Source: a virus. From it: a stretch of 64,000 nt of DNA. The stretch spans positions 64,001 to 128,000 of the IMG/VR virus record IMGVR_UViG_3300032092_000004; one strand, 5' to 3'. Position numbers and translations under genes: made by a program. Within the stretch, counting starts at the first letter, position 1. Each line of letters opens with the position of its first letter. Below, piece after piece: positions 1 through 9,682 of the stretch. Below the pieces are notes generated by a model. The model did not search any database and was not told the origin of the DNA. It was given only the letters and a program-made list of their open reading frames with translations.

Positions 1-17
1 TATATTATAAAATAAAA

Positions 18-233
18 ATGGACGATATTATCAAACCAAAGATTGATCTTAGACAACAACAGACAATCAAATGCGAAAAATGTGAGTCAAAATTCTTCAA
101 AGAAGTAACAATGTTGAAGAAAGTACCTAAATTATTAACAGGAAGTCATGAGGACACTATTGTGCCATTCCCAACTTATATGTGTAATGAGTGTGGTAAC
201 GTTAATGATGACTTTGAATTATTTATTGACTAA
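18..233 (+). CDS. small zinc-ribbon protein
   Basis: CEKC and CNEC pairs in 71 aa. Confidence 0.6.
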   Translation: MDDIIKPKIDLRQQQTIKCEKCESKFFKEVTMLKKVPKLLTGSHEDTIVPFPTYMCNECGNVNDDFELFID

Positions 234-236
234 AAT

Positions 237-482
237 ATGACACACAAAGAATTTTATATTTGGTTAGACGGTTTTATGACCAACAGAGATTGGGTTGTTA
301 TCAAACAAGTGGATATTGAAACCATCCAAGAAAAAATGAAAGAGGTTAAAGAAGATTATAAGATTGGTATTGCGGAACCATATAGAATTCCAATTCCTGT
401 AAATCCATTTCCTGTAAAAGATGATCCTTACAGTCCACCATACGAAGTATATTGCGGAGACAAAACACAATTAAATGATTAA
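237..482 (+). CDS. hypothetical protein
   Basis: ORF tightly packed between neighbours. Confidence 0.6.
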   Translation: MTHKEFYIWLDGFMTNRDWVVIKQVDIETIQEKMKEVKEDYKIGIAEPYRIPIPVNPFPVKDDPYSPPYEVYCGDKTQLND

Positions 483-1254
483 GAAACTAATACACTTTTC
501 AGATTTGCATATCCGTCTTTTTAAAGACCACGATTTGTATAAATCAATTTTGGAAACTGCCATTAAACAATGGATAGAGTTAGAACCTGATCGTATTGTA
601 TTCACTGGAGACTTAGTTCATTCCAAAAACCAAATGACACCTGAGCTTATTGAGATGGTTAGATGGTTATTAACAGAATGTTCGTTTATTGCGAAAACTA
701 TCATAATTCCTGGTAATCACGACTTTTTGGTAAACAACACAGAAAGATTGGATGCTCTAACACCGATTATAAGTTCACTTAATAGTAAAAACATTGACTA
801 TTATAAAGACAGGGGTGTGTATGAGGATGAGAACATAAGTTGGTGTGTGTATTCACAATATCAAGGAAATATTCCGCCTGACATTACCGAATCAAAAGGT
901 AAAAGAATTGGTTTATTTCACGGACCAATTCAGGGAATGAAAACGGATCTTGGTTTTGACTTTGGTGAAGAGGCTTATGATGTTGAAAAGTTTGATGGAC
1001 TCGAAACTGTTTTGTGTGGGGACATTCATAAAAGACAAGAGTTCAAATTCAAAACAGGTAAAGGTTATATGATTGGAAGTCCGATACAACAAAACATAGG
1101 AGAAAGTATTGGAAGACATGGGTATGGAATATATGATGTTGATACAAAAGAATATTCGTATGTTGATCTACCAAACCCAAAACCATTTTTAAAGTTCTCC
1201 ATAAAGTCATTTGAAGATATTGAAAATGGAACCGAAAAACTCCAAAATATTTAG
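475..1254 (+). CDS. sbcD: SbcD/Mre11-like (gp47-like) metallophosphoesterase nuclease
   Basis: SDLH, TGD, GNHD, FHG and GDIH motifs; near SbcC. Confidence 0.85.
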   Translation: MIKKLIHFSDLHIRLFKDHDLYKSILETAIKQWIELEPDRIVFTGDLVHSKNQMTPELIEMVRWLLTECSFIAKTIIIPGNHDFLVNNTERLDALTPIISSLNSKNIDYYKDRGVYEDENISWCVYSQYQGNIPPDITESKGKRIGLFHGPIQGMKTDLGFDFGEEAYDVEKFDGLETVLCGDIHKRQEFKFKTGKGYMIGSPIQQNIGESIGRHGYGIYDVDTKEYSYVDLPNPKPFLKFSIKSFEDIENGTEKLQNI

Positions 1255-1885
1255 TAAGGAAATGATGCAGACGGTGTCTGCATTCTGTGAATCCAAAGAA
1301 ATAAAGGATATCGATAACTTCATATACCTATGTTTCAAGCAAGGTTTTGATATTAGGAAGTACGGTCTTTTGGGAAAAACACTTAATGAAGGTGAAAAAC
1401 ACTTAAAAACGGGTGGAACTCAAGAAAAATGGGTGGAAATTGAGGTAATAAAAGAAATACGGGTGGAAGTTCCTGTTGAAGTTATCAAGGAGGTTGAGAA
1501 AATAATCTATACCTCTGACGATACCCAAGTAAATAAACTGTTGTTAAAAATAGAACAGTTAAACGGGGAAATTTCGATTAAGACTTCCGAAATTGACAGA
1601 ATTAGACAAGAATTTTCTACTAAAACTGAAGAAATGGAAAATATTTTCCAAAATAGAATGTCTAAAAAGGATGAAGAATTAGACGAACTTAGACATAATT
1701 TAGACATTCTCGTAACAAATGATAAGGCAAAAATGTTACAAGAAACACTCCAAAACTTGAGAAGTGAGTTACAACAAAAGAACGAACAAATAAGAGAATT
1801 GGAAAAAATAAACCGAGAACTTCTTAATGGTAGTCAAAATCAAGCTTACCTTTTGAGGGGATCAAACTTAAATAGACGAGTATGA
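1226..1885 (+). CDS. coiled-coil protein with VEVPVEVIKEVEK repeat
   Basis: ATG at 1226; heptad-rich C-terminal half. Confidence 0.6.
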   Translation: MEPKNSKIFSKEMMQTVSAFCESKEIKDIDNFIYLCFKQGFDIRKYGLLGKTLNEGEKHLKTGGTQEKWVEIEVIKEIRVEVPVEVIKEVEKIIYTSDDTQVNKLLLKIEQLNGEISIKTSEIDRIRQEFSTKTEEMENIFQNRMSKKDEELDELRHNLDILVTNDKAKMLQETLQNLRSELQQKNEQIRELEKINRELLNGSQNQAYLLRGSNLNRRV

Positions 1886-2235
1886 TAGTTTTAATGTGGA
1901 TGATCGCAGCTTACGGTATGACCAATATTTTGGTTTACGGATCAATCTTTAACGGATTAAGAAATTGGATCCATAACAACGCACAACCAAACGTGAGTTG
2001 GTTTTTTAGACCAGTATTTGAATTCATTTCAAGTTTAATAAAATGTGTTTTATGTACATCAACATGGGTGGGATTCTTCTTATCCTTAACATTGTTTGCA
2101 CCTTGGCACGAAATAATTGGACTTAACAAATATATTTCTATATTTTTTGATGGAATGTTGTCTGCAGGTGCTGTATGGGCAATTAATAGTGTAATCGAAT
2201 GGTTCGAAGAAAATAGACCAAATAATAATAATTAA
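1882..2235 (+). CDS. membrane protein, DUF1360-like
   Basis: hydrophobic helices and CxxCxSxWVG motif. Confidence 0.55.
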   Translation: MIVLMWMIAAYGMTNILVYGSIFNGLRNWIHNNAQPNVSWFFRPVFEFISSLIKCVLCTSTWVGFFLSLTLFAPWHEIIGLNKYISIFFDGMLSAGAVWAINSVIEWFEENRPNNNN

Positions 2236-2246
2236 CAAAAAGTAAA

Positions 2247-2531
2247 ATGGGAAAAGCGGCAAAAGAACACAGAAAGAAAGTTGCAAAACGAAATGTAAAA
2301 ATTAAACAAGAAAAGGCTGGTATGCAAAAAGCTTTTGATTTATTATTACAAGAACAATTGGAAAAATTAAAAAATGATGAAATGACCGCAACGGTTGGAG
2401 ATCAAGAAGTTAAAATGGAAATTGTTGAAGATAAAATAGTTGACCACGGATTTAGATTTACACCAAACGAAGAAGAGTCCGCAAAAATCAACAAAGAATT
2501 TGAAGAAGTAACGACAGAAGATGAAAAATAA
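2247..2531 (+). CDS. hypothetical protein
   Basis: ORF with basic N-terminus. Confidence 0.6.
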   Translation: MGKAAKEHRKKVAKRNVKIKQEKAGMQKAFDLLLQEQLEKLKNDEMTATVGDQEVKMEIVEDKIVDHGFRFTPNEEESAKINKEFEEVTTEDEK

Positions 2532-2533
2532 TA

Positions 2534-4906
2534 ATGGATCTTTTTAATCCACCAAAATTATACAATTACGAAATTATGATAAAAGATTTGGACTTTTCTA
2601 TGTTTGAAAACCCAATTATACAAGTTGTATGGGAAGATTTACCAGAAAACTTTACACAAGATAAACTTAAAAGTGTAAAACATTACTTCTCAAAAAAGTA
2701 TAACACAACCAACGTTAATGTCTTAACAAAGGCAAAAAACGTTGAAACTGAAATAACACAAAGTATTGATGTGTCGGTAAATATTAACGATGCTCAATAC
2801 CAACTTGAACTAATTACCAATTATCTAAAGTCAAAAGGACATGAAGATAAGAGTGAAGATGTATTGGCTATTAATAAAATGGTTGAAAATAGAATGTCTG
2901 GTGATGAAGAAAACCAAGCACAATTTAAAAAGTGGTATATTCGAAACATTGAGTTCTCAAACTTTTTATCATATGGTGAAAATCAAAGATTGGACTTTGA
3001 TAAGTTAAATGGAATTGTGGTGGTTGAGTCTGATCCACCAAACTTTGGGGGGAAAACGGTTCTTACCGTTGACCTCCTAATGTTTTTATTCTTTAATGAA
3101 ACAACAAAGACAACCAAAGCCGAGGAGATATTTAATCGATTTTCAAACAAAGATAAAGTTCACGTTAAGGGTGAAATTACTATCGATGGTGAGGATTACG
3201 TTATTATAAGAAACATTGAAAGAAAGTTATCTAAAAAAGGTGATTGGAACGTTAAAACAGAATTGGACTTCTTCAAAAAATTATCGGACGGTACCTTATT
3301 AAATTTTACTGGAGAACAAAGAAGAGAAACGGAAGCCTTCATTAAGAATTCAATTGGAACTAAAGAGGACTTCTTAATGACAATTCTAACAACAGGATCA
3401 AATCTTGAAGAGCTGTTAGAGTCAAAACCAACGGCACGAGGTCAGGTCTTGTCTCGTTTTATGGGACTTGAGTTTTTGAAAAGAAAAGAAGAAGTTGCAA
3501 AAGAAATCTATTCGGAGTTTTCAAAACAAAAGATTTCCAACATTTATTCATCAGAACAATTAAAAAGTGATATTGAAACACATCAAAACTCAATTTCTGA
3601 ATTACAAAATCAAATTAAGGAAAGTAAAGAAAAATTAGTTGAGGTTGATGATGCAATAACAAAAGGTAAAACATATCGTGATGATATGTTAAAGAAAAAA
3701 CACACAAACATTGATCAAGAATTGAGTTTGTTAAACCCTGAAAAAACCAAAGATGAAATTAAAGAAATTGAACGTGAGAAATCGGGATATCTTACAAAAA
3801 TATCCGAAATCAAAGTTGTTGAACCTTCTAAATTCTATGAAGAAGACATCCACGACAAGGTTAAAGAGGAGATCGGATTACTTTACAAAGATATCGTACA
3901 AGTTGATACAGAAATTGCGTCAATCAATAAACTAAAGTCTTCAGTTGAAGGTGGGATCAAATGTGAACACTGTGGAATTGAGTTGATGAACGCGGCAATT
4001 ACTAATGCAAAAATTGCAGAACTTGACGGATATACCCAACAGAAAACTCAAAAAGATGGGTTAATGCAGGAATTAACCATCAAAGAACAAAGTTTTGTAC
4101 AACTCAAAAAAGAGTTTGATGAATATGAGAAAAACAAGTTGGTTAAAGAAAAGTATGAGATTTCGGTTGAAAGTTGTGACCTTAAGATTGGTTCGTTAAA
4201 TGACAAGATCAAAAGGTGGGAGGAAATCCAAGATAAAATCCAAGAAAATCAAAAAATTGAATCTCAGTTAATAAAGGCCGATGTGAGATTAGATGAGTTG
4301 GAAAATCAAAGAAGAACAATTAATAATTCAATCACAACAAACGAGGGATCAATCAAATCTATCGAAGAAAAGATTGATACCAACCAAAAGAAAATTGTTA
4401 CAATTAAAGAGGAAGAAGAGAAGGAAAAGATATATAAGATCTACTTGGAACTTTACGGTAAGAATGGAATATCAAAAATGATTATGAAAACAATGATGCC
4501 ACTAATCAATTCTGAATTACAAAGATTGATGGAAGATTCATGTTATTTCAAATTGGAAATTCGTATTAATGACAAGAATGAGGTTGAATTTATCATGACT
4601 GACAATGCAACTGGTGTTGAAAAATTAATGACTTCAGGATCAGGTTTTGAAAAAACAATTTCTTCTTTGGCTTTGAGATCGGTCCTTACTAAAATTGCAA
4701 GTTTACCTAAACCAAATCTTGTTGTTCTTGATGAGGTGTTTGGAAAAATTGCCAATGACAACTTAGAGATGGTTTATGAATTCTTCACAAAAATTAAAGA
4801 TTATTTTGAAAAGATTTTTGTAATAAGTCACAACTCAATAGTGTCAACTTGGGGTGATCATGTTGTAAAAATTAAGAAGGAAAACAATTTGTCAAAAGTT
4901 TTATAG
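2534..4906 (+). CDS. sbcC: SbcC/Rad50-like (gp46-like) ABC ATPase
   Basis: NFLSYG, Walker A NFGGKT, coiled coil with CEHC hook, SGFE signature, VVLDE Walker B, ISH switch. Confidence 0.9.
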   Translation: MDLFNPPKLYNYEIMIKDLDFSMFENPIIQVVWEDLPENFTQDKLKSVKHYFSKKYNTTNVNVLTKAKNVETEITQSIDVSVNINDAQYQLELITNYLKSKGHEDKSEDVLAINKMVENRMSGDEENQAQFKKWYIRNIEFSNFLSYGENQRLDFDKLNGIVVVESDPPNFGGKTVLTVDLLMFLFFNETTKTTKAEEIFNRFSNKDKVHVKGEITIDGEDYVIIRNIERKLSKKGDWNVKTELDFFKKLSDGTLLNFTGEQRRETEAFIKNSIGTKEDFLMTILTTGSNLEELLESKPTARGQVLSRFMGLEFLKRKEEVAKEIYSEFSKQKISNIYSSEQLKSDIETHQNSISELQNQIKESKEKLVEVDDAITKGKTYRDDMLKKKHTNIDQELSLLNPEKTKDEIKEIEREKSGYLTKISEIKVVEPSKFYEEDIHDKVKEEIGLLYKDIVQVDTEIASINKLKSSVEGGIKCEHCGIELMNAAITNAKIAELDGYTQQKTQKDGLMQELTIKEQSFVQLKKEFDEYEKNKLVKEKYEISVESCDLKIGSLNDKIKRWEEIQDKIQENQKIESQLIKADVRLDELENQRRTINNSITTNEGSIKSIEEKIDTNQKKIVTIKEEEEKEKIYKIYLELYGKNGISKMIMKTMMPLINSELQRLMEDSCYFKLEIRINDKNEVEFIMTDNATGVEKLMTSGSGFEKTISSLALRSVLTKIASLPKPNLVVLDEVFGKIANDNLEMVYEFFTKIKDYFEKIFVISHNSIVSTWGDHVVKIKKENNLSKVL

Positions 4907-4936
4907 GATTTTTAAAACTAATTAGAATTTTATCAG

Positions 4937-4944
4937 TATATTTG
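4937..4944 (+). promoter_or_regulatory. Bacteroidota-type -7 promoter element TATATTTG
   Basis: matches TAnnTTTG, intergenic upstream of 4966. Confidence 0.6.
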
Positions 4945-4965
4945 TAGAACAATTAAAACACACAA

Positions 4966-5490
4966 ATGAACTACTTACTTTTTGTTTATTATAATTCTGA
5001 GGTAGAAAACTCAGAAGAAAAAACACAAGAAATCGGAACACAACTTGCAGAACACATGACTAGTGGTCAGGTTAAATTTATGTATGGTGATCAACACGCA
5101 ATCTTTCATTTTGGGTGTAAAAGTGATTTCCAAGACGTATCTGATGTGGTATTTTTTATTTCCGAAGAAATACCGGGATTTGAATACCTTTTAACAAAAA
5201 AGGGTAGAGATTACAGTTCAAACTTTGATGAAGACAACCTTGGGCACTTAATGTCGTTAAAGAACACCACACCGAAGAAACATAAACCTGCAGCACCAAA
5301 GTTAAGAACAAACGATATTAAAGATGGAGAACCATTTTTGGATCTATCAAAACTTTTTTTAAATTTAAAAAGAAAAGAGGTTTGTAACCTAACGTTAGAT
5401 GAGTTATTGGATAAGATCGGTAACGAAGGTATCGAGTCATTGTCAGACTTAGAAAGACAAAAATTAGACGAATATTCAAAATCATTTTAA
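4966..5490 (+). CDS. hypothetical protein with C-terminal DUF6576-like helix pair
   Basis: LDELLDKIGNEGIESLSDLERQKL. Confidence 0.55.
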   Translation: MNYLLFVYYNSEVENSEEKTQEIGTQLAEHMTSGQVKFMYGDQHAIFHFGCKSDFQDVSDVVFFISEEIPGFEYLLTKKGRDYSSNFDEDNLGHLMSLKNTTPKKHKPAAPKLRTNDIKDGEPFLDLSKLFLNLKRKEVCNLTLDELLDKIGNEGIESLSDLERQKLDEYSKSF

Positions 5491-5499
5491 CAAACATAT

Positions 5500-6300
5500 A
5501 TGAAGGACAAAAACACAAGTGCCCCTATCAATCAGGACGAAATTTACCACTACCTTAAAGACATTAGAAAAATTAAGGTAATGACCGCAGAACGCGAACG
5601 TCATTTGGCAACACGAATGAAATCTAATGATCTAACGTTGATTGAAAAACAACAAATCGAACAAGAGTTGTTAACAGGAAATCTACGTTTTGTGATAACC
5701 GTGGCAAAACAATACCAAAATCAAGGTTTAGATTTATCGGATCTTATCGCTGAAGGTAATTTTGGTTTGATGAAAGCGATTAAGAACTTTGATTGGAATA
5801 AAGATTTACGATTTATTTCTTATGCTGTTTGGTGGGTCAAACAATCGATTATCCAATCTTTGAACGATAATTCAAGAACAATCCGACTACCGGTGAATGT
5901 TGTTCAGGATTTACAAAAAGCCAAAAAAGAATTGGAACAAACGGGCAAAAAACTTGATGATAAATTCCAAACTTTACCATCTATTATAGATTTGGATATG
6001 AATATCAATGAAGACGGTGATACTCTAATAGATATGATTGAGAATAAAGATGCTGTTGCACCTGACGCTAGTTTTTACACAAAAGACATATTAAAAGATA
6101 AGTTGATGAGACTTTTAGATGTTTTGGATGAAAGAGAAAAAGTCATTGTTGGGGATTATTTTGGGTTAACAGGAACACCAAGAACGTTGGAAGATATTGG
6201 ATCTGATTTTGGTTTAACTAAAGAACGTGTTCGTCAGATTAAAGAAAAGGCTCTTCGTAGACTTAGAAATGATTCTTCAGAGTTATTTGATTATTTATAA
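5500..6300 (+). CDS. RNA polymerase sigma-70 factor, Bacteroidota RpoD-like, lacking region 1.1
   Basis: NLRFVITVAKQYQNQG, DLIAEGN, FISYAVWW, region 4 TLEDIG..FGLTKERVRQIKEKAL. Confidence 0.92.
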   Translation: MKDKNTSAPINQDEIYHYLKDIRKIKVMTAERERHLATRMKSNDLTLIEKQQIEQELLTGNLRFVITVAKQYQNQGLDLSDLIAEGNFGLMKAIKNFDWNKDLRFISYAVWWVKQSIIQSLNDNSRTIRLPVNVVQDLQKAKKELEQTGKKLDDKFQTLPSIIDLDMNINEDGDTLIDMIENKDAVAPDASFYTKDILKDKLMRLLDVLDEREKVIVGDYFGLTGTPRTLEDIGSDFGLTKERVRQIKEKALRRLRNDSSELFDYL

Positions 6301-6301
6301 A

Positions 6302-6392
6302 ATGGGTTGAACCGAGATTACCCATACAACTCGGCAGAAGGTGCCTGAAGTCACCAAGGTGAAACTCCTCAATTCTATCTATACGGTAGAAT
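6302..6392 (+). ncRNA. candidate structured RNA (H-type pseudoknot plus hairpins)
   Basis: ATGGGT/ACCCAT stem whose loop CCGAG pairs with downstream CTCGG; ATTCTATC/GGTAGAAT hairpin; GC-rich relative to flanks. Confidence 0.45.
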
Positions 6393-6403
6393 GAAATTAC
6401 ACT

Positions 6404-6429
6404 CCCCCATCGGCGCCGGTGGGGGTTTT
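6404..6429 (+). terminator. intrinsic terminator
   Basis: CCCCCATCG-loop-CGGTGGGGG followed by TTTT. Confidence 0.75.
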
Positions 6430-6498
6430 ATTGTTTTATAGGGTTTATAATTATCAATCATTTGATTATTTTGATATTTATCAAACAAAACAAATTAA

Positions 6499-7734
6499 AT
6501 GAATAAAAAATTTTTACCCTGGTTTTTACTGTTTTGCGCATTAGGATTGTCAGGGACCGCAGCGTATTATAGTGTAATAGGTTTATCAATAATTTTTTCG
6601 GCGGTGGCAATTCCTGTCATCATAATGGGAACATTTTTGGAAATCTCTAAATTAGCAATTGCAACCTACCTTCACGATAAATGGAAAGAAACTTACGGGA
6701 TATTGAAAATATATCTAACAACCGCACTTGTGGTCCTGTCAGTACTTACTTCCATAGGAATATACGGGTTACTTTCAACGGGATTTCAAAAAAATATTGC
6801 AGGTCTTGAGATAAACAATAAAGTGATTGAAAATATTGAAGTTAAAAAAGATAGGTTCGAAGAAATTAAAACTGACTATCAAAAAGAAAAAGGTGTATTA
6901 GACAAAGACATCACCAATCTTAGAAACGCACTATCAACCAACACAACTACCCAATCAATAGATAGAACGACAGGACAAGTCGTTACAAGAGCAAATGGGG
7001 GTAATAGAAAGGCATTTGAATCCCAATTAAAAGTAGCACAAGAGAATAGAGACGGGATCTCCAAGAAAATTGAGTCACTTAACGATAGTATTACTAGATT
7101 AGATTTAGAAATATTAGATCTTGCATCATCTGAAATTGAATCAGGTGAGTTAGGGGCTATTAAATATTTAAGTGAGATTACAGGATGGGATGTTAAAAAA
7201 ACAGCAAACTTCTTTATTTTAACTTTAATATTTGTATTTGACCCTTTGGCAATTGCTTTGGTTATTTCTACAAACCAAGCTTTTAAAATTTATGGAAGAA
7301 AAGAAGAGGACGAAGACAAGGTTGAAGATGAATATCCTTTTTATGGTGAGGTGGAAATTCCTGAAAGTTATTTTGGTAATTCTACCCCCCAAGTCACCCC
7401 CCAAGTCGAACCTGAAATTATTGAAAGAATTGTTGAGGTTCCTGTTGAAGTTATTAAGGAAGTTGAAAAAATTGTTGAGGTTCCTGTTGAAGTTATAAGG
7501 GAGTTTCCTGTTGAAGTTATAAGGGAGGTTCCTGTTGATAGATTGGTTGAGGTTGTAAGGGAGGTTCCTGTTGAAGTGATAAAAGAAATTGAGGTTCCTG
7601 TTGAAATCCCATTCAAATATTATGTAAACGATAATGGTCAAATATTTGATGATCAGGGAAATGAAGTAGAGGAAAGGTTATTTAATAAAAAGTTAGAGGA
7701 GATTGAAAAGAGGGTTTTAAAATATCAAAAATAA
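6499..7734 (+). CDS. multi-pass membrane protein with coiled coil and EVPVEVIKEV repeats
   Basis: N-terminal TM helices, central coiled coil, FDPLAI TM, repeats. Confidence 0.7.
   Translation: MNKKFLPWFLLFCALGLSGTAAYYSVIGLSIIFSAVAIPVIIMGTFLEISKLAIATYLHDKWKETYGILKIYLTTALVVLSVLTSIGIYGLLSTGFQKNIAGLEINNKVIENIEVKKDRFEEIKTDYQKEKGVLDKDITNLRNALSTNTTTQSIDRTTGQVVTRANGGNRKAFESQLKVAQENRDGISKKIESLNDSITRLDLEILDLASSEIESGELGAIKYLSEITGWDVKKTANFFILTLIFVFDPLAIALVISTNQAFKIYGRKEEDEDKVEDEYPFYGEVEIPESYFGNSTPQVTPQVEPEIIERIVEVPVEVIKEVEKIVEVPVEVIREFPVEVIREVPVDRLVEVVREVPVEVIKEIEVPVEIPFKYYVNDNGQIFDDQGNEVEERLFNKKLEEIEKRVLKYQK
7417..7610 (+). repeat. coding tandem repeat GAGGTTCCTGTTGAAGT.. (EVPVEVI)
   Basis: about 6 imperfect copies. 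Confidence 0.8.
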
Positions 7735-7737
7735 TAT

Positions 7738-8331
7738 ATGGAAATAATTGAAAATTTAATCCAAACAAATTTTAAAAAAGAAGATAAAAAAAATCAAATA
7801 GTTCTTTGTCACACGTCAAGAACTCTTTTTGATTACATGGTATCTATAAAGTTTAGATTTGGAGGGAAACCGATTAGATTACCACACTACATTATTAGTA
7901 GAGACGGTAGGATTTTACAGTTATTAGATGAAAAACTAAATGGGTATTTTACCAATAACGATAGAATAAATTCCAAATCAATTGTAGTTTGTTTGGAAAA
8001 CTTGGGATGGTTAGAAAAAGAACCATTAAAACATCATCACATTAATTGGATTGGTAATATTTATAAAGAGAAAGTTTTTGATCGTAAGTGGAGAGATTAT
8101 TTTTTTTGGCACCCATACACTGACATACAAGTTGAAAAAACCGCAGAGTTGTGTTTAGAGTTAACAAAAAAACATAAAATTGAAAAAAACTTTATTGGAC
8201 ATAACACCAAGGTAAAAGGTGTTGAGTCTTTTATTGGAATTATTACGAGATCAAACTTCGATGAATTTGCGACGGACTTAAGTCCAGCATTTGATTTTGA
8301 AAAATTTAATAAATTATTGAATGATGAGTAA
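7738..8331 (+). CDS. N-acetylmuramoyl-L-alanine amidase-like protein, possibly degenerate
   Basis: IVLCHT, HYIISRDG.ILQL, SIVVCLEN, YTDIQ. Confidence 0.65.
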   Translation: MEIIENLIQTNFKKEDKKNQIVLCHTSRTLFDYMVSIKFRFGGKPIRLPHYIISRDGRILQLLDEKLNGYFTNNDRINSKSIVVCLENLGWLEKEPLKHHHINWIGNIYKEKVFDRKWRDYFFWHPYTDIQVEKTAELCLELTKKHKIEKNFIGHNTKVKGVESFIGIITRSNFDEFATDLSPAFDFEKFNKLLNDE

Positions 8332-8914
8332 TTACGATGAAATAAAAAATTTGATTAAAGCTTCAAGAAATGCTTTTAATACAAATTTAAATGAAGATAC
8401 CCAACTTATTAAAAAACAATATGGGTTATTAACAGAACAAACAGTTGAAAAAGAAGAAGAGGTTGTTAAAGATGAAAATCAAATGTTCCAAAAGGAGAAA
8501 AAAGATTCTGATGAAATTGGAACCCAAAGAGACAAACAAAAGGCTTTTAGAATATTAGCTAACATCATCGTTCTTCATGGTAAAACAAAGGCAGATCTAC
8601 AATTAACCACAGATGAAAAAAACGCATTTACCTCAAGTGTTGATGAGTTTAGAACTGATGTTGCAGAATTAGTTGAATTTGGTAGACTTAATGTTTTCCC
8701 GAATAATGTTGAGTGGTCAGGAAAAATATTAGAAAATGACATCGAGTTTTTCTACACGATCAACGAACCGAATGGTATATATATTAATGGTCAAATGATT
8801 AAAATTGATCAAGATTATTTGGAAACGATTAATAAGTTACAGGCTTATTATGAGAAATTTAAAAATAAATGGAGTAAAATTGTCGCAACAAGACAAGAAG
8901 ATGTTGAAAAATGA
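8321..8914 (+). CDS. hypothetical protein
   Basis: ORF overlapping neighbours; LLTEQ motif. Confidence 0.6.
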   Translation: MMSNYDEIKNLIKASRNAFNTNLNEDTQLIKKQYGLLTEQTVEKEEEVVKDENQMFQKEKKDSDEIGTQRDKQKAFRILANIIVLHGKTKADLQLTTDEKNAFTSSVDEFRTDVAELVEFGRLNVFPNNVEWSGKILENDIEFFYTINEPNGIYINGQMIKIDQDYLETINKLQAYYEKFKNKWSKIVATRQEDVEK

Positions 8915-9264
8915 AAGAGTTTTTAATTAAAAATTGGAAAAATATTATTCTTGGTATATTAGGAATAATATTTATATATCTATTAGTCAGAGTTTTTACA
9001 CCAACACCTGACATGTCCGAACTTAACAAATATAAGTTAGAACAAATTGATAAACATATCAACGAGATGAAAACCATTCAAAAAAGTCTAAGTGACTCGA
9101 TTCAGGTTTATCAAAATAAAATTGACGAGATCGATGATAAAATCTCACACATAAAAGTTGAAAAAAAAGAAGTGAATAACTTTTACACTCAAAAAAGAGA
9201 AGAGATAAAAAACGCAGACAAGAAACAAATCGATAGTCTGTTAAGAAGTAGATATAATTTTTAA
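8911..9264 (+). CDS. N-terminal TM plus coiled-coil protein (spanin-like candidate)
   Basis: single TM then coiled coil, near amidase. Confidence 0.45.
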   Translation: MKEFLIKNWKNIILGILGIIFIYLLVRVFTPTPDMSELNKYKLEQIDKHINEMKTIQKSLSDSIQVYQNKIDEIDDKISHIKVEKKEVNNFYTQKREEIKNADKKQIDSLLRSRYNF

Positions 9265-9265
9265 C

Positions 9266-9682
9266 ATGAAAAAGCTAATATTTTTAATTTCATTTGTATT
9301 TGTTAGTTTCATATCTGAAGCTCAAATAAAAAAACCTGTTGATACAACCCAAATGTGTATTCCTTACGATGTCGCACAAAAAATGTTATTAGAACTTAAT
9401 GATTACGACAGATTAAAAGAATTATCAAAACTGGATAAGAAAGAAATCACTGAACTTAATAATAAAATAGGTTTACTAGAAAAAACAAATAACGCTTGGG
9501 AAGTTAAAGATTCTTTAAGTGGACAGATAATTTTACAAACAGAGGAGAAAGTAAAAATTTACAAAGAAGAAAATGAAAATTTAAACAAGGAATTAAAAAG
9601 ACTCAAAACGAAAAATACACTATTTAATATTATAGCAGGAGCAATTGTTGCTCCATTAACATATATTGCAGTTTTTAAATAA
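9266..9682 (+). CDS. signal peptide, coiled coil and C-terminal TM protein (spanin-like candidate)
   Basis: signal ending SEA-Q; C-terminal hydrophobic helix. Confidence 0.45.
   Translation: MKKLIFLISFVFVSFISEAQIKKPVDTTQMCIPYDVAQKMLLELNDYDRLKELSKLDKKEITELNNKIGLLEKTNNAWEVKDSLSGQIILQTEEKVKIYKEENENLNKELKRLKTKNTLFNIIAGAIVAPLTYIAVFK

Noticed and set aside
6343-6368. Hammerhead ribozyme (CTGAAGT...GAAAC)
   Set aside because: The core reads CUGAAGU rather than CUGANGA, and no convincing stems I/III with a UH site were found.
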